Shown here one piece after another: positions 7,946 through 15,666 of a DNA stretch of 32,000 nt. The notes below the pieces were generated by a model. The model ran no database searches. It saw only the letters and a program-made list of their open reading frames with translations, and had not been told where the DNA came from. The stretch spans positions 660,001 through 692,000 of the forward strand of contig NC_009776.1 in the NCBI RefSeq assembly GCF_000017945.1. The letters are read 5' to 3'. Positions within the stretch are counted from its first letter, which is position 1; each line of letters starts with the position of its first letter. Source of the stretch: Ignicoccus hospitalis KIN4/I (lineage in GTDB: Archaea; Thermoproteota; Thermoprotei_A; Sulfolobales; Ignicoccaceae). The translations under genes and the position numbers were made by a program.

Positions 7946-8509
7946 TTGGCGCAATCAACAGAATTGCCAAAGGGCTATTCTATTGTTAAGGGAGAATGTG
8001 GAGTTAACGCGCTAAAGAAGGTCCTCAACAACCTTTGTACGAGGCTGAGCGTAAGGAGTGGAGGCTCCAAGGGGAGCTTCGTCCTATGTAAGGGAAAGGT
8101 CGTAGAGGGCTCGTGGAGGGGGCTCCAAGGGGTCGAAGCTTGGAACGCGCTACTGGAGGACGTATCCCGAGCGTCGAGCGAATTTCACTTGACCTTTTAT
8201 CAACCTCCCTCTTCCTTGACTTTTACCGAAGACCTCGAAGTGGCAACCGAGGTCGCGTTGGAGGAGACCGAAGCCAGTTACTTTTCCGGGGTGAGCGTGG
8301 TCGCTTTGGGCAAACACGTGTTGGCCATACTCCACAAGCTCGAGAGCTTGGGGTACGAGGTGGAAGACATGAAGATAAAGGTAGATAAAAAGGTCGCGTA
8401 CGTGTCGCTGGCCGCCCGGGAGTATGACCCGGAGCTCGTAAGGAGGATCGCGCTTGAGTACTTGGAGCCGCTGGGCATCAAAGAGGTGAGGGTAGAGAGC
8501 CTTGGCTGA
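7946..8509 (+). CDS. hypothetical protein, first gene of the plus operon; PATAN/DUF4388-like N-terminal motif
   Basis: This is the 3' part of track ORF 7289..8509. The 5' 650 nt of that ORF are a low-complexity shadow of the minus-strand gene. The proposed TTG 7946 follows GGAGGT, and GTG 7880 is an alternative start. The motif is GVNALKKVLNNLCTRLSVRSGGSKGSFVLCKGKVVEGSWRGLQGVEAWNALLE. Confidence 0.6.
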   Translation: MAQSTELPKGYSIVKGECGVNALKKVLNNLCTRLSVRSGGSKGSFVLCKGKVVEGSWRGLQGVEAWNALLEDVSRASSEFHLTFYQPPSSLTFTEDLEVATEVALEETEASYFSGVSVVALGKHVLAILHKLESLGYEVEDMKIKVDKKVAYVSLAAREYDPELVRRIALEYLEPLGIKEVRVESLG

Positions 8510-9236
8510 GTTCTGTTGGTCCCTTGGCGACCCGATCAAGAGCGGTCCGGACTTGCTGAGCCTAATAAATTACGTGGCCTCGAAGGGCCTCAACTGTAGG
8601 ATAAGCGTCGTCTGGCCTCCTCTGGACCTTCTCTTCGCCGAGGGTCACATCATGGGTTACAGAGGCGACCTAAGCAGTTTCTCTTTGCCAAAGAAGCTCG
8701 AAATAAATGTATACGAACTAACTGACGAAGAGATACTCGTTGAACTTGAAGATAAAGATTACATTAAATTAGATTCCATAGAGAGCTTGATCTCGCTCAT
8801 AAAGGAAATTGTGGTGAGGGAAGCGTTAGTAATTAAGGGGAAAGTGTATCCCGTCGCCCAACTAATAGATCCGTCGTCCGTAAGCGTGGATACCGAAACG
8901 TGGGAGAGCGTCTCAGTTACCGTCGAAGAGCCGAAGGAATTCTTGGGAACGCTGATAAGTGGAGGACACAAAGCAATCAACGTTGTTTCGCTCACTGAGA
9001 GGTGGACCTTGGACGTTCTCGCATGTGACGACAAAATATTGGGAGCGAGCCTCTACATGCCGGAGAGCGTGGAAACCATAAAGGGCTCAGACGCGTTCGT
9101 CTTTCCCCTAGAAAGCCCTGGTAAGTGGATAGTTACGATGGCGAAGCCGTTCTTGTGTCCAAAGGTCTCGCTCGTACTGGACCCGAGGCTTGATGAACGG
9201 CTCAAAGGCGTTGAAACGGGGGTAGTAAAGCTATGA
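8502..9236 (+). CDS. hypothetical protein (244 aa) with a paralogous N-terminal motif
   Basis: TTG start overlaps the upstream stop by 8 nt and is preceded by GAGGTGAGGG. The N-terminus GPDLLSLINYVASKGLNCRISVVWPPLDLLFAEGHIMGY resembles the motif in 7946..8509 and 9692..10354. Confidence 0.7.
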   Translation: MAEFCWSLGDPIKSGPDLLSLINYVASKGLNCRISVVWPPLDLLFAEGHIMGYRGDLSSFSLPKKLEINVYELTDEEILVELEDKDYIKLDSIESLISLIKEIVVREALVIKGKVYPVAQLIDPSSVSVDTETWESVSVTVEEPKEFLGTLISGGHKAINVVSLTERWTLDVLACDDKILGASLYMPESVETIKGSDAFVFPLESPGKWIVTMAKPFLCPKVSLVLDPRLDERLKGVETGVVKL

Positions 9237-9688
9237 TAATTGTGGCTGTGGGCGCGGATTCGTTAATAAACAAGCTCAAAAGAGAAGTAGAGGAAGTAGA
9301 GAAAGAGCTGGCCGACTACGGGAACGCCTTGTCGGTCGTGATGGACCAGGGAAGGAAAGAGCTGGTAAGGTATAAGCTCCTAGGGTTCAAGACGAAACCC
9401 CCGGAAAAGGAAGTTATCTCAGAAAAGCCTTTGACCGTCCTCCACCGCTCCCTCTTAGTCTTCTCAAAGGACTTCGAGAGGGAGGTCGCGTCTACCTTCA
9501 AGGAGTACAAAGAGGAGATCCAGAGCTTGATAGATAAATTAAACGCCCAACGCGAGGAGTTCAAAGATCACATATTCTTCGTCTTCACCAAGGGTGCAAA
9601 AATAGTCGCTATTTACGTGCTCCCGCCTACGGTCCCGGGCTATGAGACAATTAGGGCCGAGCTAGAGAGGTTGGAGGGAGGGCGCTAG
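9233..9688 (+). CDS. hypothetical coiled-coil protein (151 aa)
   Basis: ATGA start/stop overlap with the upstream gene. The N-terminus is predicted coiled coil (LINKLKREVEEVEKELADYG) and the C-terminus is beta-rich (HIFFVFTKGAKIVAIYVLPP). Confidence 0.7.
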   Translation: MIIVAVGADSLINKLKREVEEVEKELADYGNALSVVMDQGRKELVRYKLLGFKTKPPEKEVISEKPLTVLHRSLLVFSKDFEREVASTFKEYKEEIQSLIDKLNAQREEFKDHIFFVFTKGAKIVAIYVLPPTVPGYETIRAELERLEGGR

Positions 9689-9691
9689 GCC

Positions 9692-10354
9692 GTGCCTTTC
9701 ATAAGTAGGGGCAGAACAATCGGCTTCCGAAGGGTAAACAAGTACTCCCCTTTGGAGAGTATACTGAGGGAATTCGCGAAAAAGGGGTTCATCGGTAGGT
9801 TCGTGTTCGACGGCACTTGCAAGAACGTGGGAAACGTCATATTGAGGATTGAAGTCATAAGCGAAAAGATAGTAGCAATGGAGGCCGAGGCCGGCGGGAA
9901 ACTCCTCAAAGGGAGGGAGGCCCTCGAGGTCTTCGAAGCGTGTAAAGAGGAGGCCGAAGGCTTCGTAGAAATAATAGAGCTAGACAGCGACAAAGTCCTC
10001 ATCGATTTGGAAGACAACCCCGACGCGAGGGTCAACTTAGTAATAGAGATGCCTACGTTAACATTAAAGATAGCAGCACTGCACGTTGCCGCGAAGGGCT
10101 CCGGGCTTGCCCTAGTAGGAACCATGCTCAAGGACGTCGCCTTGTCGGAGTGCTTGGTGGCAGAAGGCCTCATAGACGGGCGCTGTGACGGAGTAATAAA
10201 GGGTGAGATGTGTCCCGACAAAATAGATCTGGTTATTGCCGTAAAGGAGAGCATCGTTCACATGAGCAGGCCGGAGGAGGTTGAGGGCTCCTTCGTAGCT
10301 ATATCAGAGAAGTGTAAGATGGCCGAGTTCGTTATGAAAGCTACTAAGAGGTGA
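9692..10354 (+). CDS. hypothetical protein (220 aa) with a PATAN/DUF4388-like N-terminal motif
   Basis: GTG start lies 3 nt after the upstream stop and is preceded by GGAGGGAGG. The motif is LESILREFAKKGFIGRFVFDGTCKNVGNVILRIEVISEKIVAMEAEAGGKLLKGREALEVFEAC. Confidence 0.7.
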   Translation: MPFISRGRTIGFRRVNKYSPLESILREFAKKGFIGRFVFDGTCKNVGNVILRIEVISEKIVAMEAEAGGKLLKGREALEVFEACKEEAEGFVEIIELDSDKVLIDLEDNPDARVNLVIEMPTLTLKIAALHVAAKGSGLALVGTMLKDVALSECLVAEGLIDGRCDGVIKGEMCPDKIDLVIAVKESIVHMSRPEEVEGSFVAISEKCKMAEFVMKATKR

Positions 10355-10356
10355 GG

Positions 10357-11391
10357 TCACTCCTCGTAACCCAGCTCTTTCCTCACTTCCTTAGTCGCTT
10401 CGACCATAACCTTCAGCTTGTTGAAAGCTATGTCTCTATCCCCGAGGATCTTTAGCCCGCAGTCCGGCTTGACGTAGACCTTCTCTGGCGGCATTATTTC
10501 TAATACTTTGTATATCGCGTTCTTCACGAAGTCTTTGCTCTCCACCTTCTTAGAGTGTATATCTATCACGCCGTATCCTAACTCCTTTCCGCTCGAGGCA
10601 TAATCGTACTCCTTTATCGCTTCCAGTAACTTAAAGTTGTTATTGACAAATTCTAGGTCGAACTGGTCTACCGGGAACTCCAGTAGGTCGGGGAAGAGCT
10701 TCTCTACCCGGCCGTGGCATATGTGGACGATCTTCTTTGCGTCGTCCATCCCTTGGAACACGATCGAGAGGGCTTCCTTAGTTATCTCTATGTCCTCCTT
10801 GTAGGGGTGCGTCGAGAGCGCGGGCTCATCCACTTGAAGGTACCTCGCGCCCGCGTCGTAAAGGGCCTTGAGTTCCTTGTGAAGCTCTTTCGCCAAGTCT
10901 ATTATGAGCTCCTTCTTGTCCCCGTAGTATTCGTTAAAGGCCCAGTCGGCCATAGTGTAGGGACCTGTTATTATCGCCTTTACCGGCCTTCCTTGAGCGT
11001 ACTCGGTCGCGTACTTCCAGTCCGTTAAAGTCATTGGCCCTTTCCACCTTATCTTACCCACGACCACGGGCTTCCTGTAGTGGACGTTGTCAAATATTCT
11101 GACCCAGTCCTCCGGTTTGTTGCCTACGACAAACCCTTCCATCCTCTCGGCGAAGTACACCTCCATGTCTTCCCTTCTCTGCTCCCCGTCGGAGATGATG
11201 TCGACGCCGGCCTTAATTTGATCCTCGACCGCCAGCCTTATCGCTTCCTTAATCATCTTTTCGAACTCTTCGCTGGATATTTCGCCTTTGTAGTGCTTCT
11301 TTAAGGCCTCTTTAGCTATGGGGAACTTCGGGTAACTGCCGACAACTGTCGTGGGAAGCACTTTAGGCACTCTATAGCTCATAGAACTCAC
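10357..11391 (-). CDS. metE: cobalamin-independent methionine synthase, catalytic (MetE C-terminal-like) protein
   Basis: 344-aa ORF. The N-terminus is [10 protein letters not shown]. Zn-ligand motifs are VHICHG and KPDCGLK, and YLQVDEPAL is present. These are typical of short archaeal MetE. Confidence 0.85.
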   Translation of the reverse strand: MSSMSYRVPKVLPTTVVGSYPKFPIAKEALKKHYKGEISSEEFEKMIKEAIRLAVEDQIKAGVDIISDGEQRREDMEVYFAERMEGFVVGNKPEDWVRIFDNVHYRKPVVVGKIRWKGPMTLTDWKYATEYAQGRPVKAIITGPYTMADWAFNEYYGDKKELIIDLAKELHKELKALYDAGARYLQVDEPALSTHPYKEDIEITKEALSIVFQGMDDAKKIVHICHGRVEKLFPDLLEFPVDQFDLEFVNNNFKLLEAIKEYDYASSGKELGYGVIDIHSKKVESKDFVKNAIYKVLEIMPPEKVYVKPDCGLKILGDRDIAFNKLKVMVEATKEVRKELGYEE

Positions 11392-12386
11392 CCCTCGTTA
11401 ACAAGTTCCCTCAACTTAAAGGCTATCTCAGCCAGTCTCCTCATTTTCTTCCTAATGTAAGAATATGGCAACACGTCATATCTATAGCTAGCACTCACGT
11501 GTACCTCATTGGCGTCGACCTCTTCTATCAAATTCAACGTCTTTGCGGCAGTTTCCTCTATGTGCTCCAATTTCACGTTTAAAGCGTCCGTCACGCCAAA
11601 CTCTATTATCGGGTAGGGGTATCCGTACTCAGAGAAGGTAGCTTTAGCGTCGTCATAGTTCCACGAAGTCATGTCAAATCCGATACCATCTACTGATAAG
11701 TCCAACAACATTTCGTAGACGTTCTCGGGGTTCTTGAAGTACGTTTTCACGACTACGGGGACGTCGACCGCTTGTGCGATTACGTTTATGTACTCTATCC
11801 CCAACTGCTTCGCTTCGGCTGGGACCTCGGGGTCCACGAGGGCGGGCTCTTCCAAGTATATGTAGTCCACGTACTGGCTCAAGGCCACGGCCTCGTACGC
11901 CAAAGCGGACGTTAGATCAGACATGAGCTCTTCCATCCTCTCGTAGTACTGGTTGTCCACGTGAAGGGCGAAGGTTAGGGGACCGGGCAAGTGAGCTTTG
12001 AGGGGCCTCGGGCTAACTTGGTACGCCAGCCTGTGCTCCCCCAAGGTCACGGGCCTTAAGGGGTAGATCGGGCCCTTGACCTTAGCTCGCTTGTAATAGA
12101 AGTTGAGCTCGTAAAACCTGTAGTAACCGCCAACTTCCGGGAGCTCGAAGCCTTCCCACGTGGACACGAAGGGACGGAACACGTCGTCCCAAAGCAAGTG
12201 GCCGGTGGTGAGGAGGTCCAGCCCCTCTTCGACTTGTTCCATTATGACCCTCTTGGTGCTCCTCTCCCAAGCGCTCCGGAGGGAGGTGAAGTCGAGCTTG
12301 CCGGCGTTATAGGCGTCGATGCTCTTCCGCAGCTCCGGCGGCCGCGGGTAGCCTCCGGGATGGGAGGCAACTACCTTCAGCCTCAC
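11388..12386 (-). CDS. MetE N-terminal-domain-like protein (non-catalytic half of a split methionine synthase)
   Basis: 332-aa ORF with a 4-nt overlap with the metE-like gene. It has the same (beta/alpha)8-type pattern ([19 protein letters not shown]) but lacks the His/Cys zinc motifs. Confidence 0.7.
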   Translation of the reverse strand: MRLKVVASHPGGYPRPPELRKSIDAYNAGKLDFTSLRSAWERSTKRVIMEQVEEGLDLLTTGHLLWDDVFRPFVSTWEGFELPEVGGYYRFYELNFYYKRAKVKGPIYPLRPVTLGEHRLAYQVSPRPLKAHLPGPLTFALHVDNQYYERMEELMSDLTSALAYEAVALSQYVDYIYLEEPALVDPEVPAEAKQLGIEYINVIAQAVDVPVVVKTYFKNPENVYEMLLDLSVDGIGFDMTSWNYDDAKATFSEYGYPYPIIEFGVTDALNVKLEHIEETAAKTLNLIEEVDANEVHVSASYRYDVLPYSYIRKKMRRLAEIAFKLRELVNEG

Positions 12387-12426
12387 GTCTCTTTCCCTAA
12401 CGGCCCCGGGGCGGGCCGCACAATAT

Positions 12427-13053
12427 TTACGTTCTCTCCGCCCTCCCGAAGATCAAACAGAAGCCTCCCATGTCGTGCCACTCGCGTACCTTCAATCCGG
12501 CCCTTTCTATTATTTCCTTTCTAATCAGCTTCTTCGAGCCTATTATTTTGAGGAGGACCGCGGACCAGCAAGCGTTCTTGCCTACCTCCCCGAACAAGTA
12601 GGTCGGGGAGACTCGGGCTATCTCCTTCAAGGCTGTGACCTTTTCTTGGTCGGTTAAGTGGTGCATCATAGTGAACGTGACCACAGCTTTGAAAGAGTTT
12701 GAACGGAACGGTAAGGCGGTCGCCGTCCCCAACACGCAGTCAAACGGGTGCTCTTCCAACCTCTCCTTAGCTATACGTAAGAGCTTGTCGGATATGTCCA
12801 GACCGATGCCATAGCACTTTTCCGTAACTGTTTGAATAAACCGGCCCGTGCCGCAACCCACTTCTAGGATGCGAGATCCTTCCTCTAACTCGCGCGCTAC
12901 CTTCTGGTAGTACCCTCGTTCTACGAACTTTACGGCAACCACCTCGTCGTGAAGCGGGTATATCCTCTCTAACACTCTAGTGATAAGCTTCTTCCCCGCG
13001 TGCACCCCTTCCTTCCCTGCAGGAGACTTGGACAAACCACTATTACAGTACAA
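12427..13053 (-). CDS. class I SAM-dependent methyltransferase
   Basis: Motif I is ILEVGCGTGRF, followed by GLDIS and a later acidic loop. The TTG start at 13053 is doubtful, and GTG 13005 (VHAGKK...) is an alternative that would lengthen the intergenic region. Confidence 0.8.
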   Translation of the reverse strand: MYCNSGLSKSPAGKEGVHAGKKLITRVLERIYPLHDEVVAVKFVERGYYQKVARELEEGSRILEVGCGTGRFIQTVTEKCYGIGLDISDKLLRIAKERLEEHPFDCVLGTATALPFRSNSFKAVVTFTMMHHLTDQEKVTALKEIARVSPTYLFGEVGKNACWSAVLLKIIGSKKLIRKEIIERAGLKVREWHDMGGFCLIFGRAERT

Positions 13054-13085
13054 CTGCGCAGTTCATCCAACGTCCTCTCTCACCG

Positions 13086-13171
13086 TTTGGACTGCTAGGC
13101 GTTCTGTCCAAATGCCTCGTACAGCTGTCCAAACAAGCCCCCCACTCTGCTTTATCTTTCTGGACTGCTAG
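13086..13171. repeat. upstream array of TTGGAC/GTCCAA motifs plus an 11-nt exact direct repeat
   Basis: TTTGGAC lies at 13086..13092. CTGTCCAAA lies at 13104..13112 and 13125..13133, 21 bp apart. TGGACTGCTAG lies at 13088..13098 and 13161..13171. An extra TTGGACA lies at 13028..13034. Confidence 0.75.
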
Positions 13172-13193
13172 ATCTAATCCGGGTACCACACCA

Positions 13194-14405
13194 GTGACCC
13201 CGGCCGAGTTCTACGAACTCATCAAGAGGTTCGAACCAGTGCCGTTGGACGGCGACATGTTAAAGTACTACGTAAAGAGGTACGAGCCGGACGAGCTCTT
13301 CGAGAAGCTAGCCTACGAAAAGGTCATGTCGGACAGAGGCACGTCGAAGGTAACCGTGGTAGGTAGCTACGGGCTCGGGAAGACCACGTTCTTAAACTTC
13401 TGGAGGACCCGCTTTGACGTTCCCTACCCCCGATCTCCCCTAGAAGCATCAATGAAGAAGTATATACCAATTGTAGTTAAAGTAACTTACGACGACAACC
13501 CTCAGAAGTTATTCTACAGCTTGCTAAAAGGCATTGAAAAGGGGTTCAAGAAGCCTGGGTGGATATATTACGTCAGCGTAAACCAAGAGTACGAAAAGTT
13601 GTTCAAGTACATAACCCAAGTCGTGGAAAACGTCCTAACGAGGTACGAGAGGTTAGGTCGGGTAGACATAGAAACGATGAAGTCTGCAATAGGTTTCATA
13701 TTGGAGAATACAAACGTACCTATAGTATTCATGATAGACGGGTTCGTAGTCTCCGAGTCGTTCGAGGCCATTGCGTTTTGGTTCGACAACATCCTCCAAG
13801 GGCAGAACAAGGCAAGCTTCATAATAACGCTGACCCCAGACGCGCTTCAATCCTTCAGGATGAGGTATCCCTTCATTGTTAGTAAATTCATTGAGATACG
13901 CATTCCGGGCTACACAGCGGAAGAAGTGAAAGAGGTGTTCCGAAGGCGTGTGGAAGGCTTCGCGACCCCCGAGAACCCCTACTTCCCCTTTAGGGAGGAA
14001 TGGATCGAAACTATTTGGTCCCACTTCCCGATACTCAGAGATGCAATCAAGGTTGCCCAGAGGGCTCTCACGTACGCGGCCAAGGAGGGAGTTCTCTTGG
14101 AGAAGCACATAGAGCTTGCAATAAAGGAGGCAGAAAGAGCAATGGAGACCACAGTCCTCTTCGAGTTAGACGAGTTAGACAGGATGATCTTGAAGGCCCT
14201 CACAGAGCTCGGCGAAGCGGGTCCTAGCGACGTCACTAAGTGGCTAAAGGCGCAAGGCTACGACGTGGCGAAGAGTACCGTACACTACAGGCTGAAGGAG
14301 CCCTTGTCAAAGAAGGGACTGGTCGAAAAGGTGGGCAAGAGCGGGAAGAGGGGGAAGTACAGGATAGCTGACCGCCGCTTAGTAGACTTACTCAAATATC
14401 TCTAG
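13194..14405 (+). CDS. divergent Orc1/Cdc6-like AAA+ ATPase with a C-terminal winged-helix domain
   Basis: 403-aa ORF with a GTG start. Walker A is VVGSYGLGKTTFL and the Walker B-like strand is PIVFMIDGF. FIITLTPDALQSFRMRYPFIVSKFIEIRIPGYTAEEVKEVFRRRVEGF resembles the Orc1/Cdc6 sensor-1/lid pattern (...Sr...i.F.pYt.eEl.dIl..R). The C-terminal wHTH is SDVTKWLKAQGYDVAKSTVHYRLKEPLSKKGLVEKVGKSGKRGKYRI. Confidence 0.7.
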   Translation: MTPAEFYELIKRFEPVPLDGDMLKYYVKRYEPDELFEKLAYEKVMSDRGTSKVTVVGSYGLGKTTFLNFWRTRFDVPYPRSPLEASMKKYIPIVVKVTYDDNPQKLFYSLLKGIEKGFKKPGWIYYVSVNQEYEKLFKYITQVVENVLTRYERLGRVDIETMKSAIGFILENTNVPIVFMIDGFVVSESFEAIAFWFDNILQGQNKASFIITLTPDALQSFRMRYPFIVSKFIEIRIPGYTAEEVKEVFRRRVEGFATPENPYFPFREEWIETIWSHFPILRDAIKVAQRALTYAAKEGVLLEKHIELAIKEAERAMETTVLFELDELDRMILKALTELGEAGPSDVTKWLKAQGYDVAKSTVHYRLKEPLSKKGLVEKVGKSGKRGKYRIADRRLVDLLKYL

Positions 14406-14411
14406 ACAGCG

Positions 14412-14475
14412 TTTGGACGGGATTTGGACAAGTTGGGACGAGTCCTTGGACTCACCCTCGTCCGCGCGGTTGGAT
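14412..14475. repeat. downstream array of phased TTGGAC motifs
   Basis: TTTGGAC lies at 14412..14418 and 14423..14429. TTGGGAC lies at 14433..14439, CTTGGAC at 14445..14451 and GTTGGAT at 14469..14475. Spacing of the first four is about 10-12 bp. Confidence 0.75.
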
Positions 14476-14530
14476 TTCCCCTAACGTTGCTACTTCCTCT
14501 GCTCTTTACTCACTACCCTTACCTACAGAG

Positions 14531-14585
14531 TTTTGCGTATTTGAATAGAATCATTATACAAAACCAGATGAACATAGAGTTAGAG
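14531..14585. other. AT-rich segment between the inverted repeat arrays (candidate unwinding element)
   Basis: The sequence is TTTTGCGTATTTGAATAGAATCATTATACAAAACCAGATGAACATAGAG.... It is roughly 70% A+T by hand count, clearly above the rest of the window. It lies midway between the TTGGAC array and the GTCCAA array. Confidence 0.5.
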
Positions 14586-14634
14586 CGAGTATCTGAAAGA
14601 CAGAACGAAGCTCGTTGGGGTCGTTCAAATCAAT

Positions 14635-14687
14635 ATCCAACAAGCCGTACGAGCTCTGTCCAAACGCTGTCCAACTCTTGTCCAAAA
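14635..14687. repeat. inverted-orientation array of phased GTCCAA motifs
   Basis: ATCCAAC lies at 14635..14641. TGTCCAAA lies at 14657..14664, TGTCCAAC at 14668..14675 and TGTCCAAAA at 14679..14687. The last three have exact 11-bp spacing. The array ends 12 nt before the stop of the convergent gene 14699..15550. Confidence 0.75.
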
Positions 14688-14698
14688 TACGTCAAGAT

Positions 14699-15550
14699 CT
14701 AGCGCGTTTCACAGAGCCCGCCTTCGAGGGAGTTCCACAACGCCGCGAAGCCCCATACCGCCTCTTCGAGTCTAACCGTCCTGACGCCTTGACAGGGGAA
14801 CAAGTTGACGAGCGCGTCCAACTCCAGATCCGGGTACTTGTCCAGCAAGCCCTTGTCGGGGGAGCCGAATAAGACCCCTACGTTAGAGCCCAAGTAATCC
14901 CTCAGCTTGCCGGGCCACGTCCCGCGGCGGCTGGTGCCCAAGGCCTTGAAGCCGGCGCCCTTGTAGAACTCTACTAACTCGTAAATGTTGTCGAAATAGT
15001 TCACCTCGAACCCTAAGTACTCTCCGCGCCATATGCCCCTCTTCGCCGGCAAGACTTTGACTACTCTCTTCTTGTCGTTGAACCCTACCAACACTAGGAC
15101 GTTTTTCTTACATTTCTTTACGTTGTGCGTCACCCTCTCCGGTTCGCCCACGTCTATTGTTGCGATCGAACCCCTCTTACACTCTACTATCAGACCGAAC
15201 TTAAAGAACAACCCTTCTTCCCTGTCCTTGAAGCCTTCGTTCAACGCCTTAACGGCCAGCGGTGGCAACACGCCCGCGTACTTGAGCTCCGGCTTAAGGG
15301 GGACGATTAATTTCCTCAAATAAGTGGGGTAGGACAAGTATTCTAATACGGACATCAACACGTCGGAGCCGGGCCCCTCGGGGCCGTAAACGTCCACGCT
15401 TTCCGCCCTAGCCGCAGCGGCGGCCCGCGCCAAGTACCCGGCAACCAGCGTCTTTTCCCTTAAGGAGGGGTTACTCGAGAGGGCGTCGGCGGGAATAGCT
15501 ATTCGAAGGCGTCTGAACGGACACTTCAATTCCAAACCCGCCGACTCCAT
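14699..15550 (-). CDS. putative SPOUT-class RNA methyltransferase (DUF171/UPF0106-like)
   Basis: 283-aa ORF. LRIAIPADALSSNPSLREKTLVAGYLARAAAAARAESVDVYGP matches my recollection of the DUF171 N-terminal pattern (iPsS.l......l..kT..vg.iaRaa.iF.v.ei.vy). Confidence 0.65.
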   Translation of the reverse strand: MESAGLELKCPFRRLRIAIPADALSSNPSLREKTLVAGYLARAAAAARAESVDVYGPEGPGSDVLMSVLEYLSYPTYLRKLIVPLKPELKYAGVLPPLAVKALNEGFKDREEGLFFKFGLIVECKRGSIATIDVGEPERVTHNVKKCKKNVLVLVGFNDKKRVVKVLPAKRGIWRGEYLGFEVNYFDNIYELVEFYKGAGFKALGTSRRGTWPGKLRDYLGSNVGVLFGSPDKGLLDKYPDLELDALVNLFPCQGVRTVRLEEAVWGFAALWNSLEGGLCETR

Positions 15551-15573
15551 AAAAATGTGATATTTAAAGGGAG

Positions 15574-15666
15574 TTACTTCTTACCCTTCTTCTGCATCTT
15601 CTTCTCTACCTTACTCCTGTCCGAGCTCCTTTCCATGAACAAGCTAGTCCTCTGCCTACCTCCCAT
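15574..15666 (-). CDS. possible 30-aa basic micro-protein
   Basis: Hand translation gives MGGRQRTSLFMERSSDRSKVEKKMQKKGKK. It lies in the 160-bp gap between the SPOUT-like gene and asd, on the same strand as and upstream of the SPOUT-like gene. No family recognised, and it rests only on an open frame and basic composition. Confidence 0.25.
   Translation of the reverse strand: MGGRQRTSLFMERSSDRSKVEKKMQKKGKK

Noticed and set aside
9685-10254. 189-aa minus-strand ORF antisense to 9692..10354
   Set aside because: It is strongly Ser/Thr/Pro/Leu-biased and low-complexity. It is a shadow of the plus-strand gene, which has coupling signals and a recognisable motif.
13006-14698. Calling the Orc1/Cdc6-like island an integrated mobile element
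   Set aside because: I could identify no integrase, transposase, tRNA target or flanking long direct repeats (att sites). Only the short motif arrays are present, so a mobile origin is mentioned only as a hypothesis.
14424-14872. Track ORFs 14424..14702 (+) and 14615..14872 (+)
   Set aside because: The first is made of the repeat arrays and the AT-rich core, so its translation is dictated by the repeated TTGGAC/GTCCAA motifs. The second is antisense to the SPOUT-like gene. Neither has a start context or recognisable motifs.
15561-15570. CTTTAAATAT (minus strand) as the promoter TATA box of the SPOUT-like gene
   Set aside because: It lies only about 15 nt from the annotated ATG at 15550. That is too close for the usual spacing of about 25-30 nt from TATA to TSS unless the start codon is mis-assigned, so it is left unannotated.
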